A stretch of 64,000 bases of DNA from Bdellovibrionales bacterium (GCA_965219095.1 CBDCMT010000001.1:288001-352000), one strand, 5' to 3'; shown: positions 43,640-53,460, counted from the first letter of the stretch. Notes: generated by a model from the letters alone, not told the origin. Program-made: numbers and translations.

Positions 43640-43651
43640 AGACTTACTTAT

Positions 43652-43681
43652 AGACTCCCCTGTTTAAACACGGGAGAGTCT
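43652..43681. terminator. Hairpin between convergent genes
   Basis: AGACTCCCCTGTTTAAACACGGGAGAGTCT. Confidence 0.55.
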
Positions 43682-43739
43682 ACGAAGTTAAGATTTTTGA
43701 GCCTGAAATTGTGTAGAGCCTGTAAATCAGTTACACAAT

Positions 43740-45206
43740 TTAGTTTACAGGATCACTCATCATTTTGTTTCGAGCTTCATTTAAAATTTCAATTAATAAA
43801 TCAAGATGTTTTTCTTGTGTGATAAAGTTAGGAATGCCAGCACGAAGGACTTTACAGGACTTCAGCTTAGTTGTTGTAATCCAAGCTTTTCCAGTATTTG
43901 TAACGTAACGACATAGTTTTTCTATATCAAAATTGCAAACTGGATCTTTAAAACATATAACAGGAAGAGATGTTTGGTTTACAATTTCCCATGAGTTTTC
44001 TTTGAGCTTTTTTTTCAGTTTATATCCCATGTTTATTTGATGATGAAGAATTTCTTGATATCCTTTTTCTCCATGACAGAGTAGGGTCATAAACAGTTTA
44101 AGCCCAATGAATCGACGAGACCACTGCATGGATTGGCGGTAAGGTTCACTATCCTGATTGACATGAGTTTCTTTGGGCATATAGTGAATGTCATTTACTT
44201 CAAAAGTCTGCATCAAAGTCAAAGGATGCTGGGTTAAAAAGATACCAGATCCCATAGGAATAGAAAGCCATTTATGAGGATCAAAAGTTATAGAGTCAGA
44301 TTTCTCTATCCCTTTATATTCTTTATAAAACTCTTCTAACAGACAAAGAGCACCCCCCCATGCAGCATCAATATGAAGCCACATATTGTATTCTTTAGCA
44401 ATATCACCTAAAGTCTCTAAGGGGTCTATGATTCCAGCACTGGTAGAACCCATAGTTGCCGTTAGAAATAAAGGTAGTTTATTTGATTTAAGATCTTTTT
44501 GAATTTGTTTTCTTAATTCATTACAGTCAAACTTTAAATCATAAGTGACTGGAAGTTCCCTAACGGATTCCGTTCCAAGTCCACAAAGACGAGCTGCTCT
44601 AGAAATGGATCCATGAGTTTCCTTTGTTGTGTATATCAAAGGAAATCGATCTAAATTTTGTAAACCACTGTTTCTAAATTGAGGAACTTTTTTAACCAAG
44701 GCACAAAGAAGTGCACTATGGTTGGCTTCTGTTCCCCCACTAGTAAAAATACCCTTTATCTTTGAATGAGGGTATCCAAATTTTCTTCCAAAATACTTTA
44801 ACAAATGATCTTCTATGGCAATACAAAACCGACCGCTAGCACTTGATGCTAGTTGAGGATTAAAAGCCGCAACCAAGGTTTCGGCAACAATACCCATTGT
44901 AGACGGATGAGGATTAAATACACCGTGATAGGAGGGATGAGGTATGTGAAGTTGGTGTTTTGTAAGGTTATCAGCCACCCAATTTAAAACTTCAATAGGA
45001 TCAAGTGGTTCTGAAAAATCAAATTCTTTTATACTTTCTCTTACTTGCTTGAGAGAGAAGTTTTGAGAAACTGGATAAGACTCTATTTCCAAAAGGTATT
45101 TTTCCAACCTACTGTATAATTCTTTCCACAAACGTTGACGATCTTTAGAAGAAAGTAACAGCCCAAATCCGTCGTCAATAATTATATCAAAATCTTTTTT
45201 TTTCAT
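43740..45206 (-). CDS. Group II PLP-dependent amino-acid decarboxylase
   Basis: FTSGGTEAN, WLHIDAAWGG, SDSITFDPHKWL, QWSRR. Confidence 0.93.
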   Translation of the reverse strand: MKKKDFDIIIDDGFGLLLSSKDRQRLWKELYSRLEKYLLEIESYPVSQNFSLKQVRESIKEFDFSEPLDPIEVLNWVADNLTKHQLHIPHPSYHGVFNPHPSTMGIVAETLVAAFNPQLASSASGRFCIAIEDHLLKYFGRKFGYPHSKIKGIFTSGGTEANHSALLCALVKKVPQFRNSGLQNLDRFPLIYTTKETHGSISRAARLCGLGTESVRELPVTYDLKFDCNELRKQIQKDLKSNKLPLFLTATMGSTSAGIIDPLETLGDIAKEYNMWLHIDAAWGGALCLLEEFYKEYKGIEKSDSITFDPHKWLSIPMGSGIFLTQHPLTLMQTFEVNDIHYMPKETHVNQDSEPYRQSMQWSRRFIGLKLFMTLLCHGEKGYQEILHHQINMGYKLKKKLKENSWEIVNQTSLPVICFKDPVCNFDIEKLCRYVTNTGKAWITTTKLKSCKVLRAGIPNFITQEKHLDLLIEILNEARNKMMSDPVN

Positions 45207-45431
45207 TCATACCTAACTGCAATTCACTCATACATTAAAATTTCATTACTGCTTTCCATTTCTCGTATTTTAGCATAATCTGCATAAAGTTTTTCTTTGT
45301 TTTCATGAACGAGTACAACAAAACCTGGGATAGTAAAATAATTAATAGTTTTGGGTATTTTCATGTCTGGAGCTTTAATCTACCTTAAAAAGAAAAAAAT
45401 TTCAAGGTTTCTTAACATGGATCACTAGCTA

Positions 45432-45630
45432 CCTAAATTCCCGACAAAAAATATACACTAGGATTTAAGTTCTGCTCAGAATCTGGAAAATTTCTTATTC
45501 CCCCTTGTAAAAAGTAGGATTTTATAGAATTTTTAGAGATAAATACTCTTGCCTATGCTTAATCATGATGTATAATATATACAGCAGGATTGTTAGGAGG
45601 ATATACGATGAGTTTCATTAGAAGAATACC
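45432..45630 (+). mobile_element. IS1634 left-end remnant
   Basis: CCTAAATTC..CAAAAAAT.TACACTA end; RBS plus MSFIRRI start, then lost. Confidence 0.7.
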
Positions 45631-45893
45631 CATGCAACCCCCCCTTGAAGTTAAAAAAACTGCTTCATAAAAGAAAAGGAGGCCATAGACAGAAAATGTT
45701 ATATCTTTAAAAGATAAAAAAGAGTTTTTACAGGGTTCAAATCCTATGTAGCTACAGGTCAAAAAATCGTTTTCAAAGAGCTTTAAAAAGCTACTTCAAA
45801 GCCTGAAATTTAGCTGTTTTATACATTTTTTTTAAAAAGATTGAGGATTTCATGGATAAAAATACGTAACTGTTCACTTAAATTCTAGTGATT

Positions 45894-47387
45894 TTAATGT
45901 TTAGAGAGGTATTCAGTAGCTATGTCAACGAAGGATAGATTCTGTTTTTTGGCCGTTCGAGCGACACTCATCATAACCTCTTGGTTATGTGCTCCCTGTT
46001 CTGAGCGATTGCAATAAGAGATTTTTCTCATAAGTACAGCAGGCCTAATTTCCCTCTCTCCATAATTGTTAGTGGGGTCTACTCCAGACTTAATGAAAGT
46101 ATAAATTTCATCTCGATATTTGACCAAACGTTTACAAAGCCTTTGTAAGTCATGGCTTCTGTATTTTTTTGATACCCATTTTCCTGTATCATGCATAAGC
46201 AGTTTGTATTTTCGATCGATATTCTCTTTACTTTCATATTCATTTTGCAACCTTTTTCCCCTATTGAAAAAAAGTTTGGCTCTCTTAGAAAACTGAGCAA
46301 TTTCTTTGCTTTTAGGATGTTTTTCTTTTAGCCCATGAAGCTCCCTTAAAAGATGGGGCCAACATTTTTGCTTTTGACAGTCAATCTTGTTATAGGCAGC
46401 ATAAAAATCTGAAACTAAAACTCCACGAAAAACTTCTCCAAGAACATTTTTAACCACATCTTGCGAACGAGTTTGATCAATCTTATAAAATGACACATCA
46501 TCATTTGAAAAACTCCAGAGCCAATGACTGTTCCCATTCACTCTCCATCCTGTCTCATCAGCATGCAAATGCCCCTGCTCCGATAATACGGACTTGATAT
46601 CCTCGTAAGCCCCCTCAAACTTCCTTGCCGTACGACTTATAATCTCTGACAAAACACCACGACTGATTTCCATACCATATTGATCAGACAAAAGATTTTT
46701 TATTTTACCAAAACTTAAACCCAACTCATATTTCCAATAACACACTTGAGCATGAAACTTAAGACCATAAAGACTCGCTCCCAACTTATCATTCACAGAA
46801 ACCTCCTTGTTACAACAACTGCACCAACTCCAGCCTACAATGTGTTTCGTGGTGATGACTTGACTTACAGGTGGTAAATCCACCTGATAGTGAACATGCC
46901 ACTTATGAGAGGGAGGAAGATCAGAGTCACATTTACTACAAACCAGTGGAGTCCAAGTGGTCTCCTGATCCGCTTCCTCAGGCCTTTTTCTTCGATGAAC
47001 TTTATGACCCTTTTTAGGACCCTTCTTTTTTCCTTTTTTAAGGCTTCCATCTGGATTTTTATTCTTGTTCTTTTTGGCCCACTTAGGAAGCTTGCGTATT
47101 GATTGAAGCTCCTCTTTTAGCTTCTCATTTTCTTTTTTAAAATGTTCATTATCTTTTTTTAAACGCTTGCTCTCTTTTTCTAAACGCTCACACCCTTCTT
47201 CTAAACGCTCACGCTCTTCTTCTAAATGCTTGTAATCTTCTTCTAAACATTTTATTTCTTTTTGTGCTTTCTTAAGCTCTATGGATTGACGACAAATTGT
47301 GTTTCTAAGAAGCTTTATCTGATTCTTCGCTCTTGAAAGAGCCTTGTGATTGTCGTTTTTAGGCTTTTCATTTTTGCTCATATTCAT
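45894..47387 (-). CDS. IS66-family transposase (single-ORF type; right end GTAACTGTTCAC at 45866)
   Basis: Coiled coil, CSKC/CSCC, HADETGW, SDFYAAY, QKCWPHLLR, PTNNYGEREIR. Confidence 0.93.
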   Translation of the reverse strand: MNMSKNEKPKNDNHKALSRAKNQIKLLRNTICRQSIELKKAQKEIKCLEEDYKHLEEERERLEEGCERLEKESKRLKKDNEHFKKENEKLKEELQSIRKLPKWAKKNKNKNPDGSLKKGKKKGPKKGHKVHRRKRPEEADQETTWTPLVCSKCDSDLPPSHKWHVHYQVDLPPVSQVITTKHIVGWSWCSCCNKEVSVNDKLGASLYGLKFHAQVCYWKYELGLSFGKIKNLLSDQYGMEISRGVLSEIISRTARKFEGAYEDIKSVLSEQGHLHADETGWRVNGNSHWLWSFSNDDVSFYKIDQTRSQDVVKNVLGEVFRGVLVSDFYAAYNKIDCQKQKCWPHLLRELHGLKEKHPKSKEIAQFSKRAKLFFNRGKRLQNEYESKENIDRKYKLLMHDTGKWVSKKYRSHDLQRLCKRLVKYRDEIYTFIKSGVDPTNNYGEREIRPAVLMRKISYCNRSEQGAHNQEVMMSVARTAKKQNLSFVDIATEYLSKH

Positions 47388-47390
47388 ATA

Positions 47391-48528
47391 TAGTGCTTCC
47401 GCTTAGGTTTTCCGTTTTTTTTTGAGTTGAGGTCTAGTTTTTATTCTAAGGCCTTGATAAAAAGTCATTTATTTTTAAAAATAGTTTCATATGTCAGGGT
47501 TTCTATCAAAAAAAGAGCGAAAAGATTTACTCTATGAACTATCTCTAGAGAAAAATCTTAAATACGCAAAAAGGATTATGACAATTCTCCATTTAGATAA
47601 AGGTAAGTTGTGTAAAGATATTTCCCGTTTTCTTTTCATTGATGAGGGCACGATAAGAGCCTGTAGAGATCGTTATAACAAAGGTGGGATAGAGTGCTTA
47701 ATCAACGACAATTACAACCCTAAAAGGTCCTTTTTAACTAAGAAAGAGGAGAAAATGCTTTTAAAGGAGTTAGAAAAAAGAATTTTTCCGTCATCACAGT
47801 CTGTTATTCAGTTCATTGAGGAGAATTTTGGTGTTACGTACTCAACAAGTGGTGCGATTGATCTTCTCCATCGCCTTGGTTTTTCTTATAAAAAAGCCAC
47901 AGCGATACCGGGTAAGGCAAAGAGAGGAGAGCAGAAAAAGTTTGTGCGTAAATACAAGAGAATTAAGAAGAAAGACGGTCCTGTTTACTTTGCTGATTCC
48001 ACACATCCTGAGTGGGGCCCTACGATTTCATATGGTTGGATAAGAGAGGGTAAGAAGTTTGAAGTGAAGACCAATTCAGGCTGGAGAAAAAGAGTGAATG
48101 TTTGTGGAGCTATTGAGATCAATAGTTTGAAGACGGTAGTCAGGAGTTATAAGACAGTTAATGAAGTTTTTCTATGTGATATGCTCTATCATATTCATTA
48201 AGAAGCATCCCGATGAAAAAGAGATTCATCTTATCTTAGATGGGGCCGGATACAATAGATCGAAGTCTGTCAAGAAGTTAGCGAAAGAGTTGAATATAAA
48301 ACTTGTTTATCTTCCTCCGTACTCACCGAATTTAAATCCTATAGAAAGGCTTTGGAAGTTTATGAAAAAAGAGGTCACGGCGAATCGATATTATGAAAAC
48401 TATGACGATTTCAAGGGAAGTTTAAGTCAATTTTTTAGAGGAATACGAAAACACAGGCCTAAATTAGAAACTTTGATAACTGATAACTTCTCCATCTTAG
48501 AAACCTGAAAACCTAAACGGAAGTACTA
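47391..48528 (+). mobile_element. IS630-family element type C; transposase split (47491-48201 and 48161-48508)
   Basis: TA|TAGTGCTTCCG...CGGAAGTACTA|TA; FADSTHP, LDGAGYN, LPPYSPNLNPIERLW. Confidence 0.9.
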
Positions 48529-48644
48529 TATAGTCCTTTCCGTTTAAGTTTTTAGAATCTAAAGGAAGAATTATCATATGAAACTATTTTTTAAAACAAA
48601 TGACGATTTATCAATACTTTTGAATAAAAACTAGACCCTAACTC

Positions 48645-50206
48645 GTCGAACGTGAAAAATGCACAAACAGCTAAAAACACTTGTTTTTTTGTAATTTTTG
48701 CATAAAAATAATTGCAAGGAAGTGGAAAAACAGATAAAAAACCTTGCAAAACAGAAAGGAAAAAAGATGAGGCCAAAAGACATGTTCAGCACACAAAAGA
48801 GAAGCCCTCTTAATTTTAGAGTAAACGACATTGTTCATAAGAAGCATCCGCTTGTCATTTTAGCTAATAAAATAGACTGGGATCGTTTTGATAAAGATTT
48901 TGGTTCGAAGTATGATGAAAAAAAAGGTCGTCCAGGTCTTTCAACTCGTTTAATGGTGGGACTTCAGTGCTTGAAATACATTTATAATTTAAGTGACGAG
49001 AAGACAATAGAAATGTTCAAAGAGAGTCCTCAATGGCAGTATTTTTGTGGTCAGCCTTTTTATTCTTATGAAGATCCCTGTGATAGAAGTTCATTGACTA
49101 ACTGGAGAAAGAGGATGGGGGCTGAGAAGATAGAAGTTCTCTTAGAGGAAACCATTGATTTAGCTTTGAGAGAGGATTTTGTAAAAAAAAAAGAGTTTGA
49201 GAATGTAGTTGTTGATACAACTGTTCAAGAGAAAGCAATAGCTTTTCCTACAGACAGCCGTCTTTATTACAAAGCTTTAAAGACTTTAGTTCACAGGGCT
49301 AAAAAAGAGGGTTTAGTTTTACGTCAAAGCTATAAAAGAAAGGCCAAGGAGTGTTTGTTTAAGAATGCTCGTTATGCTCATACAAGAAAAATACGTTTAG
49401 CAAGAAAACAGCAAAGAAAGCTTCATACTTATCTAGGTCGTGTGATAAGAGATGTTACAAGAAAAGGAGGTCCTAAGTTCTTGGAAGAGAATACATCTTT
49501 AAAAAGATGTTTATCTTTATGTGTAAGAATTTATAACCAAAAAAGAGGGGATAAGAACAAGGTGTATAGTGTTCATGCTCCTGAGGTTTATTGCATAGGG
49601 AAGGGCAAAGCCCATAAAAAATATGAATTTGGCAATAAGGTGAGTGTGGCAACTTCATCAAAAAATTGCTGGGTTTTAGGGGTAAAGTCATTTGAAAAAA
49701 ATGTATCAGATGTTCACAGTTTAAAGCCAGCCTTATCTCAAGTTGAATCCTTAACAAAGGTTAAGGCAAAAAATTTGTATGTAGATAAAGGTTATCGTGG
49801 CAAAGAGCATCATCCTTCGGGAGTTAATGTTCATATTGGGGGAATGAGTAAAACATTAAGTCCCTACAAAAGAAAACTTCACAGAAGAAGAAGTTCAGTT
49901 GAGGCAATCATTGGTCATATGAAAATAGATTCTCGTATGGGAAGGAACTTTTTATTAGGATCACAAGGGGATGCTATTAATAGTCTTTTATCAGGAGTTT
50001 CTCAAAATTTTAGAAAGTTAATGCTAGAGGTGCGTCTTTTTTCGTTTTTTTCACTGAAATGGCTTAAAAGGCCTGTACGCCTTCTTGAAAACTACTGTTT
50101 TGTTTAAGTTATGAAAAAATATTTAACCCTCTATAGTAGAAAGTAACAGGAATAAAGATCATACAGCATAAAAATCCTAGGCTTTTGTCAATTTTTCACG
50201 TTCGAC
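48645..50206 (+). mobile_element. IS5-family element, intact, 6-bp target duplication TAACTC
   Basis: TIR GTCGAACGTGAAAAAT; TAACTC at 48639-48644 and 50207-50212. Confidence 0.95.
48698..50107 (+). CDS. IS5-family transposase
   Basis: VDTTVQEKAI.FPTD, KGKAHKKYEFG, VDKGYRG, RRSSVEAIIGHMK. Confidence 0.95.
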   Translation: MHKNNCKEVEKQIKNLAKQKGKKMRPKDMFSTQKRSPLNFRVNDIVHKKHPLVILANKIDWDRFDKDFGSKYDEKKGRPGLSTRLMVGLQCLKYIYNLSDEKTIEMFKESPQWQYFCGQPFYSYEDPCDRSSLTNWRKRMGAEKIEVLLEETIDLALREDFVKKKEFENVVVDTTVQEKAIAFPTDSRLYYKALKTLVHRAKKEGLVLRQSYKRKAKECLFKNARYAHTRKIRLARKQQRKLHTYLGRVIRDVTRKGGPKFLEENTSLKRCLSLCVRIYNQKRGDKNKVYSVHAPEVYCIGKGKAHKKYEFGNKVSVATSSKNCWVLGVKSFEKNVSDVHSLKPALSQVESLTKVKAKNLYVDKGYRGKEHHPSGVNVHIGGMSKTLSPYKRKLHRRRSSVEAIIGHMKIDSRMGRNFLLGSQGDAINSLLSGVSQNFRKLMLEVRLFSFFSLKWLKRPVRLLENYCFV

Positions 50207-50376
50207 TAACTCAAAAAATCTGAAAATCTAAACGAAAAACATCATATAACATTATAGGCATAGGAGCTTTTAGTGAAATTTCAACAATTTACTAGAATTT
50301 TTCTGAACAGTTACAAAAATTTAGCCTCCTTAATAACACCAAGAGAACCCTTTCCTAGAAGGGCTGTGTTAAAAAA

Positions 50377-50940
50377 TTAAGAATTCTTTTTGTTCCAAAC
50401 TCTTGAGAGAATCTCTTTTTTTTTTGAATCCTTGTAATAGTTTCTATAATGTAAGGGATTTTTTTGAAAAAAGTTTTGATGATGTTCTTCAGAAATATAG
50501 AAAGTTGAGGCCTTTAAAATTTTTGTTGCGATTTCTTTATCTATAAAAAGATCTGAATTTTGAAGATTGTCTTTAAATTCTATAGCGATCTCTTTTTGTA
50601 ATTCATCATGATAAAAGATAGCTGTTTTATATTGATTTCCTCGATCAAAGAACTGCCCTTTAAAATCTGTAGGATCAATTTGAAGCCAAAAAAAATCCAA
50701 GAGTTCTTTATAAGAAATGATCTTTTTATTAAATTTTAACTGTATAACTTCAAGGTGTTTTGTCATTCCAGAACAGACTTGTTCATAAGTTGCTGTTTTT
50801 TTAGCACCCCCCATATAGCCTGAATGAACATCTTGGACTCCCTTTTGTTGACGAAAGGCTTCTTCTAAACACCAAAAGCACCCTCCTGCAAAAGTAGCAA
50901 GTTTAATTGATGGATTGCCTCCTTTACTCATAGTTTGCAT
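50377..50940 (-). CDS. msrA: Peptide methionine (S)-sulfoxide reductase
   Basis: FAGGCFWC, GYMGG, DRGNQYKTAIFY, EEHHQ. Confidence 0.96.
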   Translation of the reverse strand: MQTMSKGGNPSIKLATFAGGCFWCLEEAFRQQKGVQDVHSGYMGGAKKTATYEQVCSGMTKHLEVIQLKFNKKIISYKELLDFFWLQIDPTDFKGQFFDRGNQYKTAIFYHDELQKEIAIEFKDNLQNSDLFIDKEIATKILKASTFYISEEHHQNFFQKNPLHYRNYYKDSKKKEILSRVWNKKNS

Positions 50941-50995
50941 TTTATGATTTTTTTCCTATCTTTTAAAGAATTTATTTTGTCTATTTTGACATAAT

Positions 50996-51024
50996 TTGAC
51001 ATAAAACACTTCTACAATTAAGAT
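50996..51024 (+). promoter_or_regulatory. Sigma70 promoter of tRNA-Met
   Basis: TTGACA-N17-TAAGAT. Confidence 0.6.
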
Positions 51025-51036
51025 AGCATATGTATA

Positions 51037-51106
51037 TAGTGAATACGCTTAAATTTTCCGGTCGATTCTCTAGAGAAAAAACCTGAAAACCTAAACAGAA
51101 GCACTA
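51037..51106. mobile_element. ~70-bp IS630-type MITE in the tRNA leader
   Basis: Inverted copy of 2187-2255; TA-flanked. Confidence 0.8.
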
Positions 51107-51116
51107 TATAGATAAT

Positions 51117-51193
51117 GGCGGGGTAGCTCAGTTGGTTAGAGCACTAGAATCATAATCTAGGTGTCGTGGGTTCAATTCCCTCTCTCGCCACCA
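51117..51193 (+). tRNA. tRNA-Met (CAT), elongator-like
   Basis: Cloverleaf; anticodon arm CTAGA-ATCATAA-TCTAG, T-loop GTTCAATTC, encoded CCA, paired G1-C72. Confidence 0.93.
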
Positions 51194-52970
51194 ACCGTGA
51201 TAACGGACGAACCCAGGAACGATTAAGTTCCCTTTCTTTATTTTCTTGAAAAATAGAGTTTTTCTGCTTTGAATCAAGATGAAAATTCTGTGTTGGTGCT
51301 AACCCATAGCACTCCACATAAATTCCTTCACGAGCTACTACCACTTTCCGTAGAATGTTTTTTAAGACTTCTCTTTGTTGACGTGGAGGGAGATTAGGGA
51401 ATTTTTTATTAAAAGCTCTTAGCAGAGAAAAGGCACTTCTTAGATCAATAATATTACTTGAAATCATTTTTCTTTCTTGAACGAGGCTTCCTATCTCTTC
51501 TTCTAAAACCTCTTTTTCACTTTCCAGCTCTTCTAGCTTCTTCATAAGAATTTTAGTGGATTTAGCTTTAGGAGCTTCTGAAATCGCTGAAATGATTCCT
51601 TCTATTTTACTTCTTATAGCCTTGTGCTTTTCTTTTACTGACTGTATCAACCCATCTTTATAGCTTGAGTTTTTAAATTTGCCTTCATTATTTTCGTAGA
51701 TAAGAGACTTAAGAAGCTTCTGATCCTCTTTCAATCGCTTCAACCCAGCTAGCACTGCTTCTTCTAGCTGAGGGGCGGAAATGCTTTCTAAGATACACCG
51801 TTGAGTGTGTCTGTCTCCTTGATTGAGCATTTTTCTTTTGTGGCTGTAATAGTAGTATTTTCCGCCTCGTCCTTTTCCTGATTTTCCTACAAACTTCTCC
51901 CCACATTCTTTGCAGTAAACAAAACCTTTAAGCCTATAATTATGAACATATTTTCTGGTTTCTTTTTTATTGTTCTCAAGCATGGATTGAACATCATAAA
52001 AAAGCTCTTCTGAAATAAGAGCCTGCCACTGAGCTTGAAATACCTGATAACGGTCTTCTTCTTTGAGTGTTTCTTGATCGAGGTGGCGGTTTTCTTTATT
52101 AAGCTCTCTTTTTCCGATATAAACAAGATTAGTGAGTGTTCTTTGTAAAGAGCCTATGGTGAATCTATGACCTCCATAAATTTTTCCTGTCTTAGTGGTA
52201 TATTCTTTTGTCTTATAGCCATTTTGATTGAGGTATTTACAAGTTTTAGCCAATGTTCCAAGCTCAAAGTATTTGTTGAAGATAAGTTGTACAATGCCTT
52301 TTTCTTTTTCATTGATCACGAGATGGCATTTTTTTGAAGGGTGGGATTCGTAACCTAAAACAGGAACACCTCCATTAGCTAGACCTCTTTCTGCTCTTGA
52401 TCTACTTCCATTTTTAATTCTCTGAACAATGTTCTTTCTTTCAAATTGAGCAAAGTTAATAATGCTTAAAACCATCATCTCACCTGCTGGAGTGGAGGTG
52501 TCAAAACTTTCTTTAAGGGAAATAAGTTTCACATTATGACTTTGAGTAAATTCCCAAAACTGACAAAAGTCCTTTACATTCCTATTGAGCCTTGAAAGCT
52601 CTGTCACTATGATCGCATTGATATAGCCTGAAGTAATATCGGCACACATTTTTTTAAAAGCAGGACGGTTCATGTTACCACCTGAATAATCTTTATCTGT
52701 ATACCACTCCACAATCTCCCCCCAATTTTTTTCTTGAGAGTTTTTGAGTTGGACAAAGTTTTTGATTTGTTGAGGGTGAGAGACAAGAGAGCCTTCCTCT
52801 CTTATTTCATCTGAGGGAGAAAGTCTTATGTAAGCTCCTATTTTATAGCTTAAGTTTTTCTTCGAGTTTTTGATCAAATTTTGAGAGACTTTTCCTTGAG
52901 CTATCTCCCTCCATGACAAAGAGAATTTGTCTTGTAAGCCTTTTGATTCTTTTTTCATTTTCCTCCTCAC
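51150..52970 (-). CDS. Large serine recombinase (integrase)
   Basis: YIRLS catalytic motif, DYSGGNMNRP, ELSRLNR, FAQFER, recombinase domain, CKECG zinc ribbon, coiled coil. Confidence 0.95.
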   Translation of the reverse strand: MRRKMKKESKGLQDKFSLSWREIAQGKVSQNLIKNSKKNLSYKIGAYIRLSPSDEIREEGSLVSHPQQIKNFVQLKNSQEKNWGEIVEWYTDKDYSGGNMNRPAFKKMCADITSGYINAIIVTELSRLNRNVKDFCQFWEFTQSHNVKLISLKESFDTSTPAGEMMVLSIINFAQFERKNIVQRIKNGSRSRAERGLANGGVPVLGYESHPSKKCHLVINEKEKGIVQLIFNKYFELGTLAKTCKYLNQNGYKTKEYTTKTGKIYGGHRFTIGSLQRTLTNLVYIGKRELNKENRHLDQETLKEEDRYQVFQAQWQALISEELFYDVQSMLENNKKETRKYVHNYRLKGFVYCKECGEKFVGKSGKGRGGKYYYYSHKRKMLNQGDRHTQRCILESISAPQLEEAVLAGLKRLKEDQKLLKSLIYENNEGKFKNSSYKDGLIQSVKEKHKAIRSKIEGIISAISEAPKAKSTKILMKKLEELESEKEVLEEEIGSLVQERKMISSNIIDLRSAFSLLRAFNKKFPNLPPRQQREVLKNILRKVVVAREGIYVECYGLAPTQNFHLDSKQKNSIFQENKERELNRSWVRPLSRLVAREGIEPTTPRL

Positions 52971-53067
52971 TGAGTTGGTAAATTGTCCATTTTATATTGT
53001 TTAGCATAGAGTCTCTCATGGAGCGAGATTTTTTTCTCTGCTTCATACAACAACTCCTTTCAAGCAT
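52843..53067 (-). CDS. Small ORF overlapping the recombinase 5' end (possible directionality factor)
   Basis: Position and size only. Confidence 0.4.
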   Translation of the reverse strand: MLERSCCMKQRKKSRSMRDSMLNNIKWTIYQLSEEENEKRIKRLTRQILFVMEGDSSRKSLSKFDQKLEEKLKL

Positions 53068-53124
53068 AACAAGCTTTTTTATTGTTTTCTAGGTTTGACG
53101 TGGTGAGTATAGAAGTAGGGTTTT

Positions 53125-53406
53125 TTAGTTAAAAAGGGCCTTTATATCGGAAAGTCTAGGGCTTTTATTAGTACTCTCTAGCTCCTTGATAAGAGATTTG
53201 GCATAGGCCACAGGGTTTTGAGTTTCTTTTTTAATTTTGTTGATATTTTTTTTAAAGTGGTGTTTTTCATAGCTTTCAATAATAAAAGAAGTGAGATCTT
53301 GTTTTTTAACTTTAGTGGCAGTCTCTTTGTTGAGAGCTTCTAGCATAGACGCTAAAGATTTGTTAGCTTGATTTGAAATAGCAATTTTAGAAAGTTTTTC
53401 TTTCAT
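53125..53406 (-). CDS. Small basic hypothetical protein (possible RHH-like DNA binder)
   Basis: AAGGAG RBS, 93 aa, Lys-rich helical sequence. Confidence 0.7.
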   Translation of the reverse strand: MKEKLSKIAISNQANKSLASMLEALNKETATKVKKQDLTSFIIESYEKHHFKKNINKIKKETQNPVAYAKSLIKELESTNKSPRLSDIKALFN

Positions 53407-53428
53407 AAATTTTTTCTCCTTTTATTTA

Positions 53429-53460
53429 AAAGGAAAAGTGGCCTAGGCCACTTTTCCTTT
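53429..53460. repeat. Perfect 32-bp palindrome over the stop codon of the 154-aa gene
   Basis: AAAGGAAAAGTGGCCT|AGGCCACTTTTCCTTT. Confidence 0.9.

Larger units (their letters stand above)
48531..50245 (-). mobile_element. Degenerate IS630-C-derived MITE that hosts the IS5 insertion
   Basis: 48576-48644 plus 50213-50245 are a diverged reverse complement of 47391-47493. Confidence 0.65.

Noticed and set aside
47120..47260. 21-bp quasi-repeats
   Set aside because: Heptad coiled-coil codons of the IS66 transposase
51117..51193. Initiator tRNA-fMet
   Set aside because: Has a paired G1-C72 and lacks the three G-C pairs in the anticodon stem; tRNA-Ile2 is not fully excluded
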